Source: a virus
Taxonomy: Duplodnaviria > Caudoviricetes
Strand: one strand, 5' to 3'
DNA length: 64,000 nucleotides
Virus record (IMG/VR): IMGVR_UViG_3300021387_001709
Location: 32,001-96,000 of that record
Shown here piece after piece: positions 45,401-57,400 of this stretch (position 1 is its first letter; every line of letters begins with the position of its first letter). The position numbers and the translations under genes are program-made. The notes beneath the pieces are model-generated. The model saw nothing but the letters and a program-made list of their open reading frames with translations, did no database searches and was not told where the DNA came from.

Positions 45401-48400
45401 CTTCGCCAGCTCCAAATTGATGGGCGGCCTTGGCTAAATCAGTAAAGTTCATTACCAGACCTTGGGTACCGTCTTCATAAGTTTCAAGAGTAGCCATACC
45501 GGCACTCTGTAAATCCATCATGAATTTATGTACGCCCTGGATATCATCGGTCATATATTTAGAGAATTTATCATAGTTCTGTTTGAATCGCGTCGGGTCG
45601 GATAAGCCCCATTCGTCAAAATAAGCGGCACGAGTTTTGTAATCGTCCGTGCCAATCAGACCTTTATCCCACATTTCTTTTGCTTCTTTGAGATAATTCA
45701 TTGCCTTGTCATAATTTGCACCTTGATTCACGGTTTGATCCGCAAGTGCAATTTGACCATGCTGTGAGAACTGCTCCATAAGCTACTGGTATGCGGCAAA
45801 TACTTGCGATTGTTGTTGCTGAAGATCTGCAAGGTCTTGTTTCAGCTTGTTAATACCAGCAGTATTTATATCACCGCTTGCATTTTCCATGCGATTAAGT
45901 GCTTCGGTAGTTTGATTGATTTTTGTTGTTAAATCATTGTTAGATAATTCATACTCTTGTTGCGCGAGACGCTGTAACTCAACAACATTAGCTTTAACAC
46001 CGTCAGTTGTATTATAGAATACACTGGATAAATCAGCAGAAGAGCCTAAATCACTGAATGCGGTAGATATTGCTTTGATTGTATCCGGAGTTATACCGGT
46101 GGGAGTAGCCATTTCTGAGAATGCGGACTGGATAGCAGAAGAGAGGTCTTGCGCTTGAGTAAGTAATAAATTACGAGCCTGATCATCATAACCATATGCG
46201 TCAGCAAGTGCTTGCACCATGGATGATTCGTTTTGGCGGATTTGATTAAGTGTATCTTGGTATTCTTGTTTGTTATTTCTAAGCGCAGGAAGTTGATTCC
46301 TCAATTCTCTGTTTTGGTCTGATAAATTCTTTGCTTGCTGTCTGGATAAAGTCGCAAGATTTTTGTATTCTTTTTCGTTAGCTTTGATACCTTTCGCCTA
46401 GTTTACGGTAATTTCATCATTAATTGCAGAAGCTTGGTCTTGGATGTTTGTCATCTAATTTTGTAATACATTAAGATGAGATTCTGCTTCATTGTACATT
46501 GGGGAAGTGTATTTCTGGAGACCGGATATAACTTCTTCAGCATCTAAGGCTTCCTAGTACATGCTTGCTGACTACTCAAGATCATATATATCTGATTTTG
46601 GATTTCCATATCTTTGAGCAAGATCAAGGGCGTCAGACATAATAGATTCCTAAATTCCAATCTGTTCTTTTGCATTATTCGCCTATAACTTTGCAAGATT
46701 ATGAGAAATATATTCTCCTCTGTTTTCAATATCGGTGCGTTCTTTTTGTAACTAATCTCCGTTAGCTTTGGAAGTGGCATAATCCGTTTTTAGATTATTT
46801 AAATCTGTTTGCGCATTTTCTTTTCTGGTTTCTATCATTTCTGTTTCCGTGCTTGAAATATTTGCCAGAGCCTCTCTATAATCAGCTAATGCTTTATCAT
46901 ATGCTACCTAATCACGTCTATCAGCCGCTTTATTCATCCTTCCAAGTGCGGTATTAGCCTTATCGTGATATGCCTAAATATCTGATTCATATAATGGCAT
47001 GACACTATTATTAAGTTCTTCCTCAGTTAAACGTTCGCCTTTTGCTTGACGGTTCTCATTTCTTGCATTTATTAAGTTTCGCTTTTGTTCATTTTTCTCT
47101 AAAACGGCTTCGGCTTCACGGTCTTTAATAATCAAATCCCATTCAATCTTTTTATGATTATACTCAGCTAAAATTTGCTATAATGTTGATTCTGCCGTAA
47201 TCGTACCATCAAGCGTCAATTCCCAAAGAACATTATAATTAAGTTCTTCGCCGTTCTATGAGAGAGCAGTTAATACATCATTATATTTCTATTCATTAAG
47301 ATGAGAACCTGTCTAATCTGTATATGAAAACGTTTCTTTTAAACTGTTTTTTGCTGTTTCGGCAGAAACAGAAAGGTTGTCATAAGATTCAATTAAATTA
47401 TCAATATATGCCTGTGATGCTCTTGCAGCTTCCGGTGTGAGAGGCCCTTTATCAGCCTATACTTTTTTAAACTCTTTGATATATTCCGATAACTATTTAA
47501 CCGCAGCGTTATTAATGCCTTCAAATGAAAAATCATCCATACTTGGCATAGCATCTTGCAAATTTTTCATTTCTTCTGCTGTAAGTTTACCGTTTTCACG
47601 GTAAGACTCTAGTGCATTATTCAGTGATGATAAATTAGATTCATACTGTGATGCACTTTTTGAAAAATCTTCGTCATTGAGAATATCCGCAAGAGTACCA
47701 GTTCCAGCTTCTTCTTTAATCTAGGATAACTGGTTCAAATATTCTCTGAGGGATTCAATTGTATTGCCAACAAAATTAAAGTTTTGATTGTTCATCGCTG
47801 TCTGGGCAATTCTTTGTTCTTTTTGCGTTAAACTCTGTATATCATCCCAAGATATCTTGCTTTTGCCTTGTTTATAGACATTTTTACCATTAGCATCTTG
47901 AGTTACCTCGCCGCCAAGTCTTTCGAATATAGCAGCCCGAGTGTCAGTAGCATTCCAATGAGTATTACCATTTTCATCTTCGTCTTCGTACTTATATCCA
48001 AGAGATACAAGAATCCATTGTTTTATTTTATAATCTTCTGTACCTTCTCCACCCGGAAAAATTTCATTAAGAGTTTCATTTATCTATTGTCGCATTTCCT
48101 CATTTGTAGCGTTGTCAAAATCAAAATCAAATATTTTTTGCATATCTATAGTGTCAACGTCACCGTTTTGCAAAGATCTTTCTATTGGGGCTATAATTCT
48201 ATTTTTTAATTTTTCATCAAAATTATCTCCGCCACCTAACTAGTCAAATAATGCGTCATAATTAAAATCTATACTATTTAACATAGTTTCGATTCCAGAT
48301 TGTATTTGCTCTGGCATACGTAAATAAGCTGGATCCGTCTCTAACATATCCATAAAATTAGGTAAAAATTTTGAAATCCAATTACTCTATTTACTCTTAT

Positions 48401-51400
48401 TTAACGCATCTACTGTACTCTAAGTAGCGTTTATTCTATCAGCTAAATCATTCTAAAAAGCAGTATAAACATCTTGTACCTTAGAAATATTATCTTTATT
48501 TACCTCAATCACGCCGGTGACATCATATATTTTTGAATATTCCAGACCGGCTTCTTCCATCATAGAAATAAAGGCATTTTCCGCATCTTCTTGCCCTTTA
48601 AAATTAAAAATATTTCCTTCTCTCTGTCTCCCGGTTTCTATCGGCTACTAAGCCTAAGTTAAAAGCCGCTTATATGTATCTATAGCATTCTATTGTTCTT
48701 GTATTTCCTCGTCTAAAGTTTTATTGGTTTCTTCTATATTCCCAATAATATCCGGCATTCTTTCTTTTAATGCGTTTGCGTTCATTCTGTTTTGTGCTTC
48801 AATTAAAGCGTTTAAACTATCCGTAGCTTGCTAAGCATTCTTACCTAAATCAACTAACGATTGCCCACTATCCGTTACACCGGTTTTTAAGGACGGAAAT
48901 GTATCGGCAAGCTATTGATTAATGGCTAAAAATTCCTCATAGTCATCAGTGGAAAGAGAAAGATTTTTAATTTGATTCCCATTCATATAAACTCCACTAC
49001 GGAGCTCATTATATCTATCTTTTGCTTTCGTACCAACTTTATTAATATTGTCTGTTTGTTCCCTTATCTCTCTAGACTCAGTAAGAGCCTCTTCTCCCTT
49101 TTTAATTTTATTTTCTCTTTCGTGAATTTTATTATCAATTATATTAAATAAGCCAGAAACAACCCCAGTAACAAGCATAGACAACCCAGCTGTGGCGGCA
49201 AAAGATGCAATGCTTGTAACGGCATTCCCTAAAAACCCTCCAACACCACCGAGAAGTGTAGTACTTTTTCCTATTTTTGATATCATTTCCGTAACACTGG
49301 CAGTTTCTACGTTTAATCCTCTCATATTAGTAAGTAAATCGCGGACGTCTTCTGTAGCATTTTTTAATGATCCACCTAGCGGAGAAACCGTATCCCAACC
49401 AATCGCGTCCTTAAATAAAACGTCCTAAGAACCCGTTGGGATTAGCGTTTGTAAATACTTTATAGCATCTTTTCCTCTTTGAGAATTGGCCGTAAAAATA
49501 CTTCTAAAAGCCGTGGCAATACTCCCAGACGCATCGTAACCATTAGTGAATTTTGTCATCTAATCTTTTATAATTCTTCCAAATTCCCAGTCTCCCATAC
49601 CGTTTTTACGGAACAATCCGTTTCCGGTAAACTGAAGGAATCCACCGATTCCGGCTCCGAGAATTCCGCTAAGTCCGCCGAATGCGTCTACTAATTGCGT
49701 AACCACTTCAACTGCGGAAGTGCCGAGATCAATGATATCTTTAAGCCATTCGCTGTCAATTGTTACTGTTGCTAATTGTTGTAATCTATTTTGAAGCTAT
49801 GCCATTTTCCCTTCTACAGAATCTAACTATGCATTAAGTTCGTTTTGTGCCGACCCTTGTGAGTTCATTAGGGAGTCTTGATAGACGCTCTTTAAGAGTT
49901 CAGGGTTACTGAGCAGCGAGGATGCTGCAGCCGCCCTTGTTTTCGGAATATTGCACAAATTACGCAACAATTTGTGATTATATTTTGGTTAATTTATACA
50001 GTCAAAATATAACTCTTACACTTTCGCGTAAGTCTAGACCATTTTTTAACCCACGACTTAACGTTTGGGTCACACCTTTTCGAACACCATTTGCGATTGT
50101 GTTCTACTCCTAAAGATTCAGATATTCAGGATTTCCACCTTTATTTTATAACTAATATGTATAATAGCATTAGTATTTCTGAATCCCAACACGGGGATGG
50201 TCGTTGAACCTTTACCCTCGACTTAACTGTTTGTATGGTGTACAAATAACGTTAGGGTACTTGGATGCGAATTAGCCACGTATCTTTAAATTATTATCCT
50301 CTCATAATCTGATTTCTCAATTATTGTAGTATAAAGCTTTAGGCATTCAACGCATTTAAATGTGTTCTATAAATATGTTTCCATATTTTCAGGCAAAATT
50401 TACCTCAATTATGTTAAACATGGTTCACAACACCATGTGATTCGTAATAAACGAATCTCTTACACTTTCATGCAAGTTCTGACCATTTCTTCACCCTCAG
50501 CATCATCTGTTAGGGGCATACCTTTTTGGTGTACCATAAGTTTGTACCCTACGATTATTCATAATCTGGTCGATGAACGTTCACCAATGTATAATACAAA
50601 ATATACATACAGGTGCTTCGATGCAAGAACAGCCAATCTTTATGTTATAAAACCATCATAATATATTTTCATTATTATTGTGGTATAAAGCTCTAAGGCA
50701 TTACCTGCAATTAGATATGTTCTTTATATATATTTCTATATATTGTGGCAAGCCGTTTGCCACCGTTTCAAGTAATAGCGACTATCTATTGGTGCCCAGT
50801 TTCTTATCTTCCTCGCCGATTTCCTTAAATACTTCGGCGATACCGAGCATACGCTCATAAGTTGTTTTGTAAGTACCGTCATCATTAAGTATATCAAAAC
50901 CTTTATATCCGTTTGATTGCACTTTTGTCGCGTCAAGAATCGTCTGTCGCAGCTTCGATTGTGTAGTAATTAAACCATCGATTTCTTCGCCGGCTTCTTG
51001 CATATCCTCAACAGATGTTCCACTCAATCTCAGTGAGATTGTCTTAAGGGATTGACCAACCGTGAGAGGATCTTGAAGCACGGCGTTAGCAGCAGTAGTA
51101 AGAGCTACAGCTTCGTCAAATGAATCGCCTGTAACTTGTAATGTACCAGCAGATTTCTGAAGTGACTCAGCTAACTCTGACGTACTGATTGCGTAGTTAT
51201 TCAAGCTGTTACTTTCGGATAATTATTATCCTACTGACCATTTAATAAATGGCGCATAGTCGTTTCCGGCTATGTCTATGCCTTCATTTATTCGCATAGT
51301 TCAGACTGTATATTACATCCCTCACCAAATAGGAGAGTAGGATGGATAGCTTCAATACATATGTTACCATATATATCCCGCAGTCGTTACGGTACAACGA

Positions 51401-54400
51401 AATAGACATCGTCTTACCTCGGTATCACCCTCTGTGGGCTTCTACCGATATAGCTATCTATAGTTGTATTTACTACAACCTAACATATTACTATGTTATT
51501 AGGCAAAATCTACCTATATAATTTAACTTGTCGATGATTTCCGATTTGTCAAGATCTTTATACGCTTGGCTCATTGCAACAAGAGATTCTGTTGCCGCAT
51601 TAATATCCTAAAATTCAGATATGTTAAGCAAAATACTTGACTGCTCCGCACTTTTTTGTGCTTGTTCAAATGATTCACCAAGCCTTAACCAGTCAGCGGT
51701 ACTTTCTTGGATTTGCTTAGATGTTGTTCCGACACGATCGGCAGCCTCAAAACTTCCATGTTGCGCGAAATCTTTAAGAACACTAAGTGGTTCATCAGAC
51801 ACTTTTCGCATTTCCGTAAGAGCAGTATCAAGTTCTCTAACGATATTAACGCCTTGTTTAGCAATATTGATCACTTCATACAAATCTGCGTATGTAAGTA
51901 AATATCTCGCCATTCCCTTGAACGAACCTTTAAGGGTCTCTCCAAATGATTTACCGACATCGCCGGCTTCTGTCGCCTGGGTTTTTATCCGCTCGAATGC
52001 AGCAGCGATTTCGTTAAGATTACCGTCGGACACACCATTTATTGCGTCTTGAAGGTTTTGAATTTGTGGGAAGTATTCGGTAGCAGCAGAATTTTTGTAC
52101 ATCCATTCTTCCATACGACGTTTAAGTGTGGCGGCGTCTTTTTCATCGGCGAGAGAGTAGTACCCACCACCTGCGCGTTGAACAGCTTCATTCAATCTAC
52201 CTCTAAAAGATAATACCTAATCCTAAATTTGATTACGTCTATCAGGCGAAGCTTTTTCATATTCTTCAGATGTTTTAACCAAATTTTCAAATTCATCATT
52301 TAAATCTTGTAAAACCTTAACTCCATCTTCGTTCCAATTACCTTTGCCTAATTTTTGGAGTACTTCGCCCATTTCTTCGAGAGTATCAGTAAATGCGGAC
52401 GTAGATGCGTTGCTCATAGCACTATCGAATTGCTACATTAGCTATTTTAATGAGTCTGATGCCTCACCCTATGCCAAAGCAAAAAGACCGGTTTTTTTAA
52501 TCGCATCATCATAAAAGTTACTATATCTATTTAAAAAAGCCTACTCCGAGTAATCTAACATCTGACCATTCGACTACTTCTATTTTATTTGCGCATAGCG
52601 TTCCGCGTATTTAATAAGTGTTTGATATCCACGCTCAACATTTTCAAATTCATAATTCTCATTATCATTAAATGCAGACATTCCTGATTTTAAAACGTCC
52701 ACATCTTCCATTTTTTGTCTATAATCATCAAGTATTGAATCGGGAACTGTCCAAGTCCCACCTTGATTTAGTTTATTAAGCGTAGCATATGCGTCCTCCG
52801 CCCCCTAGCGAAGTTTTTCCATAGTATCTACGGCTCGTTGAAGTTGATTGGCGTTAATCTCTCCAAGGTTATATAAATCCTACGCATTGGACGCTCGCTC
52901 AGCAGCGTCATGGTATTTCTGTATCTTATCCATTTGTTTGCTTGTAAATTTAGCTTCTTGCTAAACGATAGCCTTGGTTAAATCCTCCTAGGATTTCTAA
53001 GACCCTTCCTTTGACACATTATATTTATCTAAAGCCGAAGACGCCTACTCCTCCGTGATTTTCGCCTCGTTTCTCATTTCAATTATCTTTTGTTTGGCCG
53101 TATCCGCGGCTTTTCCCGCATCCTCCAATACTTTAACAATAGCCCTTTCTTGATCACCGGAAACAGCTTGTCCTTTTGCCTAGTCTGTTAACATTTTATT
53201 AAACTAATTTCGGGCTTCAATCGCGTCTTCAATAATTTTTACTTGCTAATTATACTCCTTCATATTCTCATCGGCTTCTTTTTTATCTTGCGCGGCTTTT
53301 ATCGCATCTCTGGATTTTGCACTACCGCCACTTTCAGCTTTTTCTAAATCATTAATGGCTTTGTTATATTGATCTTCTGTAATATCGTCTTTAATTTGAC
53401 CAAGTTTTTCCCTAACGTTGACCGCTTTTTCAAGTGCCTATTCTAATCGCTACACAGCTTCAGCCCATTCATTTGTTTTTTTTATTTCAGGATCGGTCTC
53501 TGATTTTGCAATGAGTTTATTCATTTCTGTTTGTGCTTTAAACAACTCATCAATTATTTTCGTTTGTTCTTTATAAGTTGCGTCAACATCATCAGTTTTC
53601 GCCTTCTATTTAGCTCCTTCTAACTTCGCTTCAGAATCGGTAATCTTTTTTATTCCCGTGGCCATAACTTTATTAGCGTCAATATATTGCTACTCAGTTA
53701 TAGCTCCTTGTTTTCGAAGTTCATTCAAGGTTTTGTTTGATTGTATAAGATTGTCTGTAGCTTTTTTTTCTCGTTCTATCGCTAACGTCATCTAATCGTT
53801 GGAAACAAATTTGCCAGCTTCTTGATCAGCTTTAAGCTTATTAAGTTCCGATACGGCATCTCCGTATTCACGAATGGCTTGCATTGCTTCTTTATATTGG
53901 TTTTTAACATTTTGGTCAAATTCGTCTTGTTGCGCTTTGCCCTATGCCTCATAACGCTTACGCCCCATATTATATTCGGTGTTACGCGCTTTTTGGTATT
54001 GCTATTCTCCCATAGCAATTGCCATAGCATCTGATAATTGTTCTTTATATTCTGCATCTACGTCCTTAAAACGTTGCTGAATAGATCTTAACTTATTATT
54101 AAATTCTTCTAGGTCTTTAGATTTAAGATCGGAACCGATATTATCTTCAAGATTACGCAGTTCACTTTCTAATCCTAAAGTATCTGCATTAGACTTCTAC
54201 ATCTTACGCATAGTACTATGTATATCAGTAACTAATTTATCTTTGGCAGCTGTTATGCTATATGGGTTAAACTGAGTGTTTGCTTTCTAATCTTTTATAG
54301 ATTGTTGTGCTTTTCTTTTATATTCATTAATTGCGACGCCTAATTCTTCCTTAATAGTCTTAGGCATTTCTTTCCCAGCATATGCGTCAAAATAATCCGC

Positions 54401-57400
54401 AAATATTTTATCATACATTTCTTTAAGAGCTGTTTTATCCGAATCCGCCAAATCAACTCCCGCATTATCGACATATTTCGCCTTTATATTATTAAGGTTT
54501 CCTCTTTGTCTGGCTATAAGAGCGTCAGTATTTTCAATAGACTTATTTCGCTTTTCATTTTGTCTAAATTCTCTTTCTTCATCTTGTTGTTTAAATTTTG
54601 CATCAAGAATTTTTTTGCTCTCCATTACTCTTGATTCAAAATCATTGACCTAATCTGAACCAGGCAAATACCCCGCACTTTTATAGTACCCATACAATTC
54701 ATCATTCATTCTACTATAGACATCATAATATAACCCTAACTGAGTCTCTAATCCATCGGTATTTTTTCCTTGCTCTCTGGCGACTTTTATATCATGGTCT
54801 AGAGTAAAAACTTTATTCGCAATTTTTATTACTTGGTCTTCGAGTGTTTTATAATTTGTAGAAGTAGTAGTGGATTCAAATTCATTACCGTCTTCGTCGC
54901 GCATTATTCTGGTAGTTTCTTTTTCGCCATAGCCCAATCTTCTAGTATACGATGTCCTTTCGCCATCAACTTTTGTTTCTCCAGTATATACACCTTTTCG
55001 ATCATCAGAAGTATCACCTTGCTGAGTTACCTCAGATATAGCATCTGAATTTCTCTTAGCAGCTTTACCTTCATTATCAAGACCTTTTGTCGCTTTCTTT
55101 GTGGCATCGGCGGTTTCTTCGCCAGACTCGGCAACTTTTCGGTTAGCTTCTTCAAATTTCTTCTTTTTTATTTCAGAAACCTCGGCGGCTTCACCTTCGT
55201 TCGTTATCTCCCTGGTGGCGTCCCGAAGCGGTTTAGTTCCATCGGTTGTGTTTTTCGTAATTTTTGCCGAAGACTCAGATAATAATTCATTTAAATGTTG
55301 TTGATCATCAGCTGATTTTTTAATATAACTTAGAAAATCATCTTTGCTAGATGGGGGATTGGATAAATATTCGTAAAGCTATGACAATGCACCCTGTGTA
55401 TTAGTAGAAGTATCAAAGATATGTCCAAAAGACTCATTTATCTCTTCCAAAAATGATATTGCATCTGAACCTTTTTTAGTTGATAAAGTACCAATACCAA
55501 TAGTTCCAAGAATGTTGTTCCAGTTATCACCAAATTCTTCTCGGTCACCTTTAGAGATTCGTATTTTATTAGATGATACAAAACTTCTAATTTGTTTCCA
55601 TAATTTCATATCACCCTATGATTCAATTACTCCGCTATCCCTAGAAAGAATATCAAACAGATTATCATAAGTTGGTATTTCACCGTTCGCGGTTTCAACC
55701 AAAAGATTTCGAACTTCATTTTTTAATTGTCCAAATATTTTAGTGGACTTTACACCAAATTCATCACGAATGGCAGACGCTACCCTAGTCGTTTCTTTTT
55801 CTAAGTTTTGTTCATCAATTATAATATCGTCTATAGGCGACTCACTTGGCATACTTTTATCCCACATATTAGATATTTCATTAAAAGTATATCCGAGTTC
55901 TTTTGCTTTAGAATTAAATTGATCTATCGCATCTGTAAACGGAAGATCTTTTTCCGTAACCTCAAATTCCAAATCGTCTACTATAGACTACAAACTTTTT
56001 GGGGCCAACTTGGTCATATTTTCAAATTTCTAATGCGGCAAAATATCCTCGCCATTTTGTGAAATTTTCTTCCAGGCCCCAGATATTTCATCAAAAGCAT
56101 ATCCAACCGACTCAGCAAATTTTCTAACAGCCTCTTCACCTTTAATAGACTCCTTGGTTATTTGATCTAAGAAAGCACCATATCCGTCCGGAAGTTCATC
56201 CTCCGCCATTCCCATAGCATCTAAAATAGGCTTTGTTCCCTCTGTGAATTTCAATATTTCACCATTTACACGACCATTTCTTTCACGTTCTGTTACAAGT
56301 TCTTCCTATCTTTGAGCTATATGAGATTTAAACTCGTCCATTGCCGCATCATATTCTTTTTGCCCAGTAGCAACGTCGGCTATTAACTGATTTACAAAAT
56401 CTTGATTTGCATCGGAATATCCCTCTATGGAACGGATATCTTTTCCGAAAGTAAGACGTTTGTCGTCTGGGATGACACCTTGTGAAACTGGAGTTTCATT
56501 TTGCCGCATCTTTTTTTGATATTCTTGAAGAGAAAATTCAAAATGTTTATAATAATCATCTTTATTAAATGCATCGTCAAGATATGGTTTATGACCAATT
56601 ATGTCCTAAACAAAATTTTCATCTATATTTCCATCTTGCATATCTGCAATTATTTTAGAAATATCTCCATCTTTTAATTCTTTAAGTAAATCAACATATT
56701 TTTGAAAATTATCAATACTCCATTTATCGCTTAATGTTTTCTATAGTACTTCTAGTTCATTTTCTGGCAAATTTAATGAACTAAACATTTCGCGAATTTC
56801 ATTAGACGACTTTTCAAATGCATCGTTAATTGAATTTCCAGCGATATCAGCGTTCTATGGAATCTCAACACCAAAAATATCACAAATCTACTTTAATAAA
56901 CTTTCAAAGTTTTGACCTACCGTTACATTTAACAAATCACTCTAAATCTATTTTATTTTTTGCGCAGCGTCAATTGTCTTTGTAATCTATTCGCCAGCCT
57001 ATCCAGGTTTTAAAGATAATTTATTTACTGTGATAGTTTCTTGATTAACTCCTTCTCCAAGATTTATTAATTTATTTACCAAATCAACGGTATTTTGCGC
57101 ACCAGCATTAATCTAATCGAACTGTGTATTAAAAATTTTAGATAACGAATCGGACGGAGAAGAATTACTTGTAAATCTTAATGTAGCTATCTTTGTTAAT
57201 ATTCCATATAACTATTCATATCTCACAGTATTCTAATTAATATCGGTATCCGATGAAATCGGACTTCCATCGGAATCTCCAGCTTTATGGTTTTCATTAT
57301 CTATAGCATCGGCCGCCTCTTCAATCTTTTCCGCCGTTTCTTTCCCAGATTCAGCAACCTTTTCTTTATTAACTTTTGCGAATTCTTCTTTATATGGGAT

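Noticed and set aside
49944-51511. Intergenic gaps, group II introns or homing-endonuclease ORFs
   Set aside because: No GUGYG start or domain V. Group I R/S/P1 elements and terminal G are present, and the inserts are too short for an endonuclease.
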